Assembly: GCA_002633005.1 (NCBI GenBank)
Contig: NMRA01000495.1
Location: 160,837-224,836, forward strand
Reading direction: 5' to 3'
DNA: 64,000 bases
From: Phoronis australis
Taxonomy: Eukaryota; Animalia; Phoronida
Each line of letters starts with the position of its first letter. Position 1 is the first letter of the stretch. Under the pieces are notes generated by a model. The model worked only from the letters and a program-made list of their open reading frames with translations, was not told the DNA's origin and did no database searches. The position numbers were made by a program, and so were the translations under genes. This document shows, in pieces, positions 15,201-30,200 of the stretch.

Positions 15201-18200
15201 AAAACCAGCAATTGGTACAGATCAGGAAAAGTTAAAATTTTTTGGCGCACGTCCAATTTTCTCAATCACAGAACCATCAGTAGGTGATCTGGAGAGTCTT
15301 ATGAAAACATCAACTTGCCGTCTCCAGACATCTGGGTGATGGCCGGCTGATGCCAGGCAGACATGTTCATGGTTGTCTTATGACTGGAGTTGCAGCACAT
15401 TGTACTACATCAATTTTGCACCTTTTACCCAAACCCAACGTCACATATTGAGCGATACTCAGCAGATTCTGCTGACTGCATGGGGCAATTTTTTGTCTGA
15501 TTGGAGGGTAGCGGTCGCATTCAAGATACGTAAAATCGATACTTCTGATGTCATCGGTACATAACTCAATCAGCCGCATCGCCCGAGAGGCACCTGACCT
15601 GCAACTTAGGCATTTAACAGGCACGAAAGATGTCTACATCACATTAAAACACTCACTGGTACATCTTTGAGACTAAGCTGTTCTTTCACACCAAAGCAGA
15701 TTTTATTACATTTAAGCCTAAACCGACATCAGGTAGTCTAGTTCAAAAGATACACCAATAAATGTATCATACCAATGCAGAGGTCTTCTTGTGACTTTTA
15801 CTGAATATCCTGAATAAACAATAGCAATAATAACAGTATACAGACAGGATACCTGTATAACCAGGTTGGCAAGTGCAGGTGAACGAATCATTGGTATTGA
15901 CACATGTGGCCCTGTTAAAACATGGTTGTTGATCGCATGGCTGTATTCTCGTCTCGCAGTCCTGTCCAGTGTAGTCTACCGTACAGGAGCATCTGTAGGA
16001 GGTTCCTGAATTCCGGCAAACGCCCCCATGCTGGCAGGGGTCAAGGTCACACGGCAACTGGGCGCGGTCACACTGAGAGCCTGGAAAATGGAAGCGAATC
16101 CCTATTAGTATTAATACACAAAAGCAGTTTTAAAGAAGGCTGACAACTTCCATAATAATTTGTCTGACTTCTGAAGGTGGTATGTGGAATATCGTGAGGA
16201 CTTCAGATTGAAGACATTCTGTAGCAAACAGTTAAAAAATTAGTTGCAAATCATCTGAAAATTTCACCAAAGAGAGCTGAGAAAATGTCTGTTCAATGCA
16301 CTAGCAATGGTGCCATGCTGAAACCAGACAACACTAAGTTGGCATTATAGTATTTATATATTATATTTATTTTGCACTAAACAAATTGTCATTTACGTTT
16401 TTCAAAGGCTGATTACTTTTCTGCAAATAATGGGAAAATTACCACAGATTGTTGAGAACCAGCGTCATACCCATTATTCAGTGGAGAAAACTGGTTCTCA
16501 ACATGCCGGCACGTTATATCCAACCATTACCTTTTATTTTTTGCAGAAAAATTTGATGAGCAAATAAAAATTCACTTGTCGTCCATATCGTGTTCTAAAT
16601 ACGAGAAGAAATATCATACGCAGTATATCGAATAAACAATCTCAGCAGGTGCTCACAGAACTTTCATCAGTTTTCTAATCTGTGGATCCAGTTAAGTTCA
16701 GTTACTCTTACGGCAATTAGCGTTTTACACTTCGTGAGACCAGCAGAAACTAGTCTGAGGCAGAACCATATCAAGGCTAATGACATGCTCGGAAGAAAAC
16801 AACCCAGAAGGAAAACGAGAATTGGTAGACAATTAGCAGAAAGTCGAAAGATAATTTATCTATCCGCTCATTAGAAGATACTCAGTTGAAAATTTATGCT
16901 CCAATATTTTGTCCATATATGACTAGAGGAGATTTTGCACCTATAACTACCAATGGCTTTTGTAAGACTATGTGGAACCCTAGAAAAATGTCCAAATTTG
17001 GTTAATTTTGGAATGCCCTGTCTCAGAAATGGCCGACTGCATTGAACTTCAACATGGTGTGTTTTATGCACACTTCTCAAAAAACATTTTGAATAGAGAT
17101 TATTATTAAAATGTCTCACTTTTGCCAGAGGGAAATTAAAAATAGGACTTTTATGCTTTTCTGAAAAAATGAAAGAGCCACACGATCTACTTTGTGAAAC
17201 AAAAATTGTTTTAGTTGAACAGTAGTTATTTGATCTCTCAGGCTTCGCCCAAGTGAACCCGCCTTCAGTTTTTGGTACTAAAGTTGTAGCAGAGATAAAT
17301 CAGGACATATCCGAAGACGATGAAAACAACCAAGAGAATTATTCTACTAAGTGATGTCTGTCCTACCTGCAAACCCATCATTACAGATGCACTTCACTTT
17401 TCCCTGGTCAGTCACGCACGTTCCATTGATACATGTACTGGCATCGCACACAACAATAGCAGTGTCACAGTTCTGACCCGTGTACCCCGTGAAACACGAG
17501 CAGCGAAACACGTTCAAGTTCACGTTGATGCACGTCCCCTGTTGGCAAGTATGGCCAACACACGGCAAAAGGGATTCACATCTGGAATGGCAGACAAAGA
17601 CTATTGTACAGGACTTTCACCAGGGTGCGCAATCAGGGCAGTCTCAGCTATACAGAGAGACTCATGTCTGGTATTAGCAAAGAGTAAGCACATGCCAATG
17701 AGACATTCGATATTCATTAGGTGATTGGGTAACTCAATAAAGGTTGCTCTTTTTGACACCTGAATATTAGATTGAGAGCAGACAGCACTCCATCTGCACC
17801 GGGGCGCTTGTTTGATAAGGGACCCATGTGACTTACCTGAATGAAGACATTCCTATGTGATGATCTTTGATTTAATTGTGACACCTGGAGAAACTTTTAG
17901 TCGGTGATAGACTAACTTCCCAAAGCTTGATGAATCTTTACTGTCAAGATCAATTAAGCAATGCCTTATTCAAACTAGGCCAATAGAATTCAAGCTTGGC
18001 CATCATTTTCACGCTTTTCACAGTTGAGCAAAAATTATTTGCCAAGAGGATTAATTATCAACTTACTTTTTACTTTGTTGTATTGGGATTAAAAAAATTT
18101 TCCAAAAACATGTGCGCATCATTAGACCAAGTTTTAATGACTCGAGCTGTAAGTAGCTTTTCATGTAACAGGACCCAGGTGTTCTCACCTGCTACCCGTA

Positions 18201-21200
18201 TACTCCTGACCACACTGGCACGTGTAGGAGGTGCCACTGTTAAAACATCGGCCATTGTTCTGGCATGGCATACTGCCGCACGGGTTGGACGTCTCGCAAT
18301 TACGGCCAGCGTAATTAGCTGGGCACGAGCACACATAACCTGTAAACGATCAGCACCTCAATTCAGAAGTTCCCACAGAGATGAGACAAGATCACAAGTA
18401 GAATTACAACAATGCAACTGACCTTTTCATTACTGAAGCCTTCCATTTTGTTTCAACTCCAGACCGAAGTGGTTTCTAAATCAAGCTAAATTCAGATCGC
18501 AATCTAGTAGTCCCTTAAGCTGCCCATGGGTTTTTTGTCTGGCACCATGACTCCCATCCCAATTATCTACTACGGTCCAAAGACTCACTAAAACCATTCA
18601 TCAACACGTACCAGAAAAACGAAACCCAACTCATCTATTTTTATTATCTTTCTTCAGGTAAAAATGGTACTAATTGAGCTTTTTACAAAGAACTCAATTT
18701 TAGAGGCCTAATATTTAAAAAAATGACCAAGTTTTACCCCAGTGTTTTATTGTCGTGTCTCTAATACCTAAACTACCCTACACCACTCAAATAGGACCTT
18801 AGATTACATTTCCAGACGAACAAGTCTCTTGACGACAGTTGGACTTGTGCAAATCTATTAACTATTAAGTACAGGACACCATGAAATGGACTGAGTTTCT
18901 AATGGGCCACATCGCCCCTCCCACGTCGACGAACCTTTTTGAACAACCACGCGCACTTCCATACTAGGGACGATTCCAAGATACCAATTGACCCAACACA
19001 AACCGTGGCATCTACAGAATATGGGTTAGTTTGAAAAGGCCCGTATACTTTGCACAGACAACTGTAACAAGCTGCTTCCACATAAACCATGCACCTGGTA
19101 GTATGACATGATACTTCATAAAAGGACCCCAATGTGTAATGGTCCACAAAGTGACCAATATTGCATCAGGTGCCCAACCACAAACAGACACCTTTTGGAA
19201 ATAAAAATGATGCATTGTATAATTTTTTGTGCATTTTAATAGCAGACGGACCATTTTGGCGACCATGACGTAGGATTTGTTAGTAACATCATATTATTAT
19301 ATAATCATGGCTTTAAAAATGTATTTGATACAACACAATGCTTAAAAACAAAAAGTTTTTTTTAATATTGCGATCGGGGTAACTTTGAAATGCCATGCGA
19401 ACACATCTTAAGTACACCAGCTAGTGAAACCTTTGATGACATGTAACAAACCTCAGACTGTAACTTACAGTTAACTCACCACAAGCAACCACAAAGTCAT
19501 GAAATAATGGACCAAAATGTATTTCTTATTGGACTCTGATTACCTGATGGGTAGTTGGAACAGATGCCTTGATTGAGGCAGGGTGACGATACACAAGGTA
19601 AGTACGTCTCACACCTTGAGCCCGTATAGCCAGCTTTACAGGAACAGCTGTAGTCTCTCCCGACGTTTACGCAACGCTCTGTTCCGAGACTGTAACATGG
19701 CGAATAGTAGGAACATGCGTCCAGCTTTTCACACTGTTTACCCACATAGGGGGCATCGCAGTTCTGACATAGGAACGAGTCGCCGTTATTCAGGCAATTT
19801 CCATTGTTGAAGCAAGGCGAGCTACGACAAGGGATGTTGGACTCGCAATTTTTTCCGGCGTACGTGCCAACACAGTCGCACCTGTATCCCGAGATTTCAT
19901 TCACGCAGACACCTTGGTTCAGACATGGCGACAGGGAGCATGGAAGACGAGTCTCGCAGCGTGATCCAGTATATTCTGGTGCACAGGCGCATGTGAACGA
20001 ATCTCCAGATATGTCGTCGGTACAGTTGCCGCCATGTTGACAAGGAGAACTGGAACATCTCAGAACGGTTTCACAATTCTTCCCTGTGAACGCGCTCGGA
20101 CAGTTACAGATATAGCTACCAGGTATATCCACACACGTGCCTTGCAAACATGGGTTACTGGAGCACCCGAACATCACATCGCAGCGCTCCCCCGTGTAAT
20201 TTGGAGCACACATACACTTGTACCCCGCGCCACTATTTGTGCAATTTGCACCGTTCAAGCACGGCGAGCTGGAACAGGGAATGTAGGTATCACAGATGTC
20301 ACCGGTGTAGTTAAACGTACATGTGCAATCAAAACCACCACCAGGTTTGTTTAAGCACGAAGCCCCATTTTTGCAGGGACCGAGACTACAGGGAAGGAGA
20401 AACTCACAGTTGACGCCCGTGTAATCATGAGAACACAGACAGTTGTACCCGTCAACCCCAACATTTTCGCACGTAGCGTTATTCAGGCAGGGCTGAGAGG
20501 AGCATGGTATAACACTTTCACACTGTTTCCCCGTGAAATCAGTCAAGCACTGACATTGAAATTCGGTCTCGCTTACATCTCTACACAAGCCGCCATTGCC
20601 ACAGGGGTTGCTGCTGCATGGACTGTAGAGTTCACAACGTTCCCCCTTGAACTGGGGTGTACAAGTACACGAGTACTCGGTCAAGCCGCGGTTGGCACAT
20701 GCTCCGTTATTTAAGCACGGACTTGACGTGCACGCTAATGAGGTTTCACAGTTAGAGCCTGTGTAATCCTTCCCACATTGACACCGAAACTGCAACAAGT
20801 CCACGTTGCGACACCGGCCTCCATTCTGACACGGTCCTGATGCACACGGCTGCACATGTTCGCAGTGGATGCCAGTATAGTTGCTGGAACACCGGCAGGC
20901 ATACGAAGTCCCGAAATCGATGCACGTTCCATGGTTTTGGCAAGGTTTGTGGTAGCATGGTTTGGGGTGTTCGCAGTGTTTTCCGTAGAAATTCTGATCA
21001 CAAGCGCACGTGAAGTCCGTTCCGTTATTCTGACATGTCGAGTTCCCATTACACGGTGAACTAGCGCAGGGATTGGAAATCTCACACTGGCTGCCTGGAA
21101 GAACGAACACAACAAAGTGCAGATTCAACATCTACAACATTAATTTTTCACTTTTCAAGTGCTTGTGAACAATAGTTTTCTATCTTAAACAATCCCAATC

Positions 21201-24200
21201 TCCGATCGATTGTGACAATCTTCGGACTAGTATCTTTGCATTTTAGTGAAACAGTCGAATGCCCTTGATGTAGTCAAGAAGACATTGCCAGAGAACGCAC
21301 TTGAAGCCACGTCACTTTTACCATCCTGGTAAAGTCTTCGCCTATTAAGCACAAATAATCGTGTACTGTTAACATCCACCCAATCAGGACCAGATTTTCT
21401 TCCTCAAACAATTTTGTTAAGCCTAGACAGAGAACTTCGTTATACTCGAAGTCCTTTTTTATTCAAGCCATTCAACAGTGGAACGACTTGCCAAATAGCC
21501 TAAAGGATATGATGACTTCAGACACAAACTCATCAGTTACCTGTAAATGTGGTCATCATACCTGTCCTCCCCAGTCATTTCATTGTATATACCATATAAA
21601 AGTTTTTTATTTATTTATAATTTAATTTGTAATTTTAAATTGTAAAATATTCATTTAATTTAATCTAACTTAATTTATTCAATTTAATTTATTGCAGGGA
21701 GAGGACCATGATGCTGTTTTGGTTAAAGCATGTTTTCAAAATCTATTGTATTTTATCCTCTATGAATAAAGTTTATTATAAGTTGCTATTGTTATTGTTA
21801 TTAATGGTACATTAGATCGTATCTTGTGAGTGCACAGCCGTAAGCTTCACCTGTTCTGTCATTTCAATCATTTCACCACTCCTCAAGAAGACGGTGGGAT
21901 ACTCCCGAGATTTTGCAGATTTGATCAAAGTCCAGCTGAACAGATTTAATTTCTTTTAAGATGAACTTTGATCTTGGATGGATAAAGATTTGCATTTCAG
22001 GGTGAAATATATTCTGTCAAATTTCTCCACAAAACAAGAATTAGGAGAACTTTAATCCATTATTAGCTTGGTTTGTACTGTGCAGATACCACGAAACAAT
22101 GTAAAAGTCCCTACTATTTGCAATAAATGGAAATAACTTTTGTGGACAATAATGAGTGCAAAATAATGTTGCGCTAACAAGAAATCAAGAAATACTCTAA
22201 CAAGTCAATCAAGCCGGACTCCAACATTTTCTTGCAAGATAACATGATAGAATCAACAAGCAGTTCCTATTTAGTCCATAGTTCTTTGTGGCAATGGAAA
22301 TAATTTCCAATCACGGTAAGAGACCAATATTGGGTAAGTGGCCTTGCTTTTAGTAGATTTTCCGCCAGCTTAACAAGTGGAAATACAGCTTTAACAGACA
22401 ATTGGCTAGCTTGGTGTACTACAGACACAATTCAAAGTTAACGTACCTGTGTAAGTTAGCGGGCAGGTGCACACGTAATCATTGCCCACCTCAGAACACA
22501 TTCCGCCATGCCTACAAGGGCTGGACAGACAAGGGCTGGTTCGCTGGTCACACAGGGAACCTAGAAAAAACAGTAAAAAGGCCACTAGATAGTGCAAAAT
22601 ATGTCAAACCCATCTGAAACGTTAACAGGTGCATGTCATTGTTTTTTAATAGAAAGCTATTTATGAAATTTCATAAAAATCCATAAAGGAATTTCAGAGA
22701 AACAGAGGAAAACAGAAAAAAAATGAAATTGCTACAGCATTCGTCGTTATTTTTATATGAATACAATTGCAAAATTAAATAAAGATCCTACAGAGGGTTT
22801 AGGAGATACAGCTATGGGTGCAAAAAATAATACTGCCACTAGGAAGCAGCACAGAAGTTGAAGTCACCATCCTCAACCGTCCTCTTCACACTAAGAGCAT
22901 ATATGCCAATTTTCGCAATCATTCTTAGAATGGTTTGGTTGATAGAGGGGTGGATGCCAGAAAAAAAGACTAGAAAACAGCAAAAATGGCCACTAGGTGG
23001 CGCAAAATACCTAGCATCCATCCAAAAAGAAGAGAATAGCGTCATCTCACCAATAGATGCCTAAATGCCAAATTTTATGAAAATTCTACGAGGACCTTTG
23101 GAGATACAGAGGTAAATGTAAAAAACCTAAAAATTGTCACTAAGGGGCACACCGGTAGCCGGACCCGTCTGAAAGTTTGCTCATGCTATCCCATTCATGA
23201 AAGGAACACACATTCAAAATTTCATGAACATACATCAAAGGGTTTTGGAGATAAGATCAGCGGACGCCTGACAGACGTAGATGATGGCATAATGCCTCCA
23301 TGTATAAGTATGTAAGCGCATTAAAATGCAGTGAAATTCCTCTTCTTCAAATCTCCATCCAAGTTTCCATGATACATGTAACAGGCCATACAGCCTACGA
23401 CTATAATGGTACCTGTGAATCCAGCAGGGCAGTAACACTGATAGTCCTGAGTGAGGTAAAAGCAGGCACCATTCCTGGGGCAGCAAATGCCGCCATTCTG
23501 ACAAGGATTTGGACTGCAGTAGTCGACCTTTGTCCCACACCTTAATCCTGTGTAACCTTGGTTACACACACACTTGTAGGAGTTTACGTAGTCAACACAC
23601 TGACCTAAAACGATAACACAATCTGCAGTTAATAAACTTTTACAGAATTCACTATTAATAATCTAACAATTCATTGTATCAGTTATCCAAATATCAAGGT
23701 GCGTTAATTGGGAAGTTCTTATTTATAGTACATTCACATTCAATGTTATAATAAAAGTCGTGTAATGAAACAAAATACGCATAAATTATAAGTGCTTAAG
23801 TATGATCGTGGCCGTATAACCCAGTCTAGTCACTTGGGGCAAAAATCTAACGTACAAGTTGGATTTTGTCATTGAAAGAAAAGTCATATAACAAGCCAAT
23901 GCTCCACAGACCCAAGAAACACACACAAGAACTTCCAACAAGAATTACACGCTTTTAGATCGGAAGCAGTAAATTCTATTCCATAATTCAACATCGCACT
24001 CTCACCATCTATCACTACTGCAATCAATAGTGGCCATCTAACTAATGTAAGCTGATCAGGTTCTAACAAAGGGTGACTTTGAGTGCTCTCGCGTGACCTT
24101 GCTTTTTCGAGAGATTATTACACAGCTTGTAAGGAATGCAGCCCACTCCAAATTCCTTTCTTCAGTCTACCAAATCTACCAAATTCTTTTGGTCAATTAC

Positions 24201-27200
24201 GCCAAATAATTACCCACATATTTTTGTATTGAAAATCAAAATTTGAGCATACGGCAATTCTTCACTTATTCAGCACACCGGCGATACAATCGACGAGCGA
24301 AACACTATTTTGTTGAATTTCTTCCCAAATACAAAAACGAAGAAAAATTTAGTCTGTTACTAGCACGTTTTTTTCCGTTTCAATGCCATAAAACGACATT
24401 TGGTACAGTTACCCCATTTGTGGCAAAGTAATTGGCCTATGGAAAATAGGCAGAGAGAAATTTGGCGATAATTTGTGAGCAAAGTAAGTGGAGAGCAATC
24501 GTAGTTGTTATATCCTAAGGACATCATGGTGACAAACAATTGCGTCACAGGAATGAAATTGTGGCGGGACACGCTATCAACCCTTAGCGCGAGTCACTAT
24601 TCATATTCTGATGTCCACTGTGATGTCTACTGTAACCTATTTGTTGGATATAGACATGCGGGTTCTCTGGAGACCTCCTGGTTTGAGTCAGTAGGCTTTT
24701 ATCGAAGTTCATGAAACTAGCTGTATTGTTGATATACGTTAAGCACATGATTAAACTGCAGTAGCTGGTCTTACTATTTTCCTGTGAAATGTGAACACGT
24801 GACAAATCATTTCAGTCTTAGTATTACGTAATATCAGGCATAGCTACAATAATTTGAAAGGAAAACCTTGATTAACAGGAAGTCTACATTTATGAAGCAA
24901 ATCAAGAACTAATTATGACCATGAACCATTCGAAACAATAGTGCAGTAAAAGTCAAAAGAATGATGCGGAATTCCCCGTCATGATGGATGGGCAAAAGCC
25001 AAATTCATATCAGAGTAATCTTTTCTCATGACCGAGTATGAACAGGAAATACCAAGAAAGTTTACTTTTTTCTTTACTTTTCCACTAAACCATGTACAAT
25101 TAATGAACGACCGTGTGACTGTCTGATACATTCAAACACACGCATATACACAACACACTCTCATACATGCAAAAGCACATTTTTGAGACCAGAAACCAAG
25201 TGAGTGCAACATTAGCTGATAATCAATGAAACGGAAGAGACAAAGAAGAACATCTTCTATTGTTTTCGTATTCACAGCTTCAATCTGAAAGTTTTTTGAA
25301 AACTCTTTCCTAAAAAGATATTACGTAACAGGAAAGATGGTAAGTGGCTAAGCCATTCTGTAATCAGAATTTTGCATCAAAAAAAGATATCACCAGTCAT
25401 CTTTCTGATAACAGAATGAACTGTCATTAGAGGGAAACGGCATTGTCTTATTACTTTAGTCTTCTACAACCATTGTGACACTAACTAACATTGCGTAGTT
25501 CTCTACTTGAAAATTAATACTTAGCAATTTACTGTACTTGAGCATAATACCTCGGGGGGTCTTTTAACGAGAATTTATCCTTCCCTTGACCACTAATATG
25601 ACGTCAGTAGCATTATACAATAACAGTAATTAGTACACTGTTGGTACACTGTTGTAATGAGAACCACACAGAGAGACACATTAGCTGTCACTGCTGTGGC
25701 TGTTGTAAAGCATATTACAGCATAACAAACATTTTTCAGTTCATTAGGAGGCCAACAGGTAGCGTGACGACCAGACTTGAAAATGTTTGTGATCTGCATT
25801 TTTCACTACAGCGGTTACACACACTTTCAAAATTCCGAGTGGATAAACTAGCATCAACAGGGCTCGACGCTATTAAAATCGCCAGGTCGCATTTTGCGAC
25901 CTAGCCAAAACCCCAGGTCGCATTTTCAAAATCCAGCTCACATTCATAAATGCCAGGTCGCAAAATTTTCCCGCCATTTTACGCGCCAAATTTGATTTTT
26001 TAGATCATTGAGAAAATGTTTAGATTATACTCTTACCTACTCACAAATTTCCGATCGCAAAATTGACTTCGTTCATGCAGGTATGGCGTTACTGTTCTTC
26101 ATGACCACCATTGAAGGGCTCTAGAGCGCAAAGCAAGTTGCCGACGTGAGAGTTGAATCAGAGCTCTCTAACTGACACGTACATTCGAGTGGCTAAGTTT
26201 GCAATGTGAAAAACGACAAAATGCCCGTTGAAAAAGTATCTGGGATTTTGTTGGGTCTGACCTGCTACTGACTGTCATCAAAGTTGTTAAAGATTCAAAC
26301 TAACTTGGAGTGCAAATACAATCCACTTTTTGTTCGCAGCCCAAATTTTGCAACTTAACTCAACGTTTGAAGAACATCAGTCGAAAAAATCCGTGAAACG
26401 ATGCCCTAACCGAATGACCTATTTGGAGGCGCGGGAACAATTCAGAGCAAATTTCACAACAAAAATGTGGTACTTATACTGTTTACGTACTGAACAATTA
26501 GTTTTCCATTAAATGAGTATAACCTCGAAATAATTCCCGACTCCCTCCGCGTGGATTTCCATCGAGTAATGGCGAGTTTGCTCCTCAATACCTTCACAGT
26601 ACGAGAAAAATAGGTCAGTCACACAACGACACGCATGTCACTACTGTTAACAACAAAGCCGGAATTTACTTTTTACATATTGAGAAAAGACGTTTTTTGA
26701 AAACTGAATTTGTTGTGTAAAATGAGAGTGAGTCAACACATAGACTGCGTGTCAATTTTAAACCACGCGCAGTCGTTTGTAGCCTGAACTGTGAATTGGA
26801 AATTCTCAAAAGTTGAGGGGGAACGCTTAGTAGATCGATCAGTGAACGCTTATAATGAAACTCTTCAAAGGTAGGGAGAAGGCTTGTACGCGAGCATAGT
26901 CGTTAACCTGAGTGTTTGCGGTAATAAAATATTAAAAGACTGCAATGGTAAGAAATGTTATAATATGAGTTTGCGAGGCAAACTCCATCTAGTAGGGGTG
27001 ACTTTCTCTATATCGTTACCACCTACATGTACCCTTTTTAGCCATCCAGAATAATTTCGTTTTTAATTGCTCGCTTCAGCCGGAACAAGATTGTTTCTAT
27101 TGGAATCTGAACATTTTACGGTGGTCCGGGGAGCGAAAAGTTGCATGGGGGTGTATGAAGAGAAGAATAAAAGTTTGCTTACCACAATCTATAGTATCTG

Positions 27201-30200
27201 TTTAGTTGCAATAGCTAGCTACGGGCATAGAATATAGGGTTTAGGGAACCTCGACCTCAGGAAACATGGGGACAGGAAAATATCAGTTCTGGGTTATATT
27301 GGTCCCATGGAATATCGTAAGGCATCGGGTCTTTTATAACCGCCAGGAATCTATGAGTTCATTTCCAAATAAACCACTGGCACCCGGGTGCTTAACAGAG
27401 CCAAGACAGTATACTCTTACATGTAGGACTGTCCCTGTTCTCATTGATATGCAGCTTTGAAGTGGTGCGAACGCGTGAGTTCACGCACTTGAATCGCTGG
27501 AGAAGGCCTACACTTTATGTTGGCAACAACATTTGAAAGATTCATAATTCGTGCACATATAGCCCCAGAAACAAGTAAAGAATTTGAGAATTTCTTAGCA
27601 ACTGAAAGTAAAGACGTGGCCGTCGTTTTGGCGATTAATAGGGTTGCCATTTTCACTTTGGCTGTGTTATGCGATAAAAACGAGATGCACATCTCTAAGT
27701 CACGATTGTCTGCCGGGACCGCTTGCGCGCTAGCAACGAGACCGGCCAGTCATCTCAGTCATCTGAGTGAAGAACCGACATCACTGCACAAGGGACATCC
27801 CCTGAAGCAGTACATCCCGAAGTGTGTAGATGCTGACAGTTCCAATCAGTGGCTGATTCACTAGCCTTCTCTTTCTTCCACAAAGTCTTGATTTTCTGCA
27901 AGCAGCCCATCCAACTCCTAGCTCACGAAGTCGTTCCAAATGATGATGTTCCGATTCCTCTTGGTTCTTCTTCAGCTTCTCCCGGACCATATTCACAGTT
28001 TCCGGTTTATCAGGACACATCTTCCCTTCTGGTTTTGCTTTCCCAGCCAGCTTATCAGCACGTTCATTCCCCCTAACTCCAGCATGGCCGACCAGTGCCG
28101 CAGTGCGACATCAGGGATATTGTCGTGGATATTTGGTACATGAAATAAGGACATCTTACGCGAAAAATAGACCTATTTGTCCACCGCAAAGTTTAGTAAG
28201 TTGATCGCTTAAGAATTAGTAGAAACACCGCTGTTTTGTGACGTTTTATCACGTGTTATGCAGTTGCCTGAAACTTTCTTTGGCGAATCCGGAAATTTTC
28301 AAAAGTGGCCGAAAATGTTAGCCAATGAAACGCGTTAAAGATTCTGCATATCCCATGTTCACACGACTTGCTCACAAGTCATCGGGAGGGCTGTTCTCGG
28401 TTAGCATTCTTTTGAACTTGGATTTGGCAACAACCAAATAACGGTTGGATTAACAAGTCTAGAGTTGCTTTATATTTGCCAGGTATCTGCCGAGAAGTGT
28501 AAAAACTCAGTTCGCACTTGTTGGAAATTTCAGGTCCCATTTTGCGACTTGATACGAGCTGACAAAATCTCAGCTCGCATTTGCAAATTTCAGATCGCAA
28601 ATGCGACCTGCAGCTCGTTATGTCGAGCCCTGATCAGCTTTTGAACACGTAGAAACTAGATACCTTTAGCCATTTTCAATCACATTTTCTAAATGCCAAT
28701 CAAATCTTTCCTATTATCATTCCTAAAGGAGTGTGTTCAACACATTCCCATTGCACTGTTGTAGCTCACAACCAAAAAGTTCAAAAGATGAAAAATTTAA
28801 ATAAATGTACAAGTCTTGAAACTTCTAACAGATCTAACGTGATGTGTACTCCCAAACAAATAGCTACACAGTGGATTTCTTTGTCATTAACAACATTACC
28901 TTAAAGGAGAATGCCACAAAAAAAACAACCTATTTTGTATCAATTTAGATTGAGCAATTCCACTCGATAACAGCAAGTTCAGTTGTTTTACCTGACACCT
29001 AACAGCAGACGGAGGCGTTGAAATTAACCAATGACGTAATCGGTTCGATAAAGTCTGTTCAGCCGTTCACAACACGCTTACTGGAGTCAACTTATCGCTT
29101 GAATTCGTCGTTTTACACCAATAAATCACCAAAAGTTGATGTAAACCCCTCACAAATACATTGAGTTCTTGAACAAACATGTTGTTTTATATCACTGTTA
29201 CGAATTTATAGGTATTTGAACATACCGTAGCCTACAGAGTTCGGTAGGCCAATTTACCATGATGATCGTCGATCGCGGGAGTTTGGGTCTGTTTGGTGAT
29301 AAATTCCAATGATTCTTCCGTGAAATACAGACGGGGGAACATAGCTGTGTGTTGTACTTTTAGACTTGTGATTTTTTCAGTTCTAAACACACAAAAGGCA
29401 TGTTACTCCCCGCCAGAGGGTCGCAACCCAATCAGGCCCGTCACGGCCACCGGGACTGGACACCACGAACATAAACCAGCATAAGTTGGATACTAAACCT
29501 CCAGTCACAAAAAGACTATAATAGTGAGCCAAAGAAATAATGTGCAAATAATTATTTAGGTGAATTAGCCACGAAACTGAAAATCTACTTACTTGTTGGG
29601 GGCTACGAAGTCAGGTTCCCCTTCCACAGAACTGCCCGAGCAAAGGTTGAACAGTAACAATGATTTGAATAAATTGTTAAAGATTCCCCTAACATGTGAC
29701 CATAGCATATAAAATCGACCTATTGTTTCACAACAGCTTTCTGTCAGCAAAAACTGAATTAGCATGCGCTCACGCGTACGGCCTTGGTGCCCGGTCAACT
29801 ACCTTCATTGCATCTCAAGTCGGTAACGCAGTGGTTTATTCATTGCTGGCTTCTCAAAACATTTGCACTCACGAATACTCCAAAGGCATTACAAATTGTA
29901 TCTAATGAGACAGACTTTGTTTCAGTTTTACATAAGCATTGGTTAGGGTGAGAATAATTCATTTTGAAACAGAACGCAGAATAATAAACGTCTACATGGC
30001 AACTCGCCTGGCGCCAATCCCGACTTAGTCAAGAGCTCATACGACGAAGACTTCACGGGTCAGATTGTTAGGTTTCACAGGCTATCAGTTTGAACCGTAA
30101 TACACTGATCAAGAAATACTAGAGAGGCGCCGTGAACATGCACAGGCAACGGAACGCATGGATAGTTCTTTGGTAAGCCGGAATTCGTCAGAGAAATCAC

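Noticed and set aside
19583-21115. Several overlapping antisense and alternate-frame ORFs
   Set aside because: Shadows of the GC-richer EGF coding exon, with no independent motifs or splice signals.
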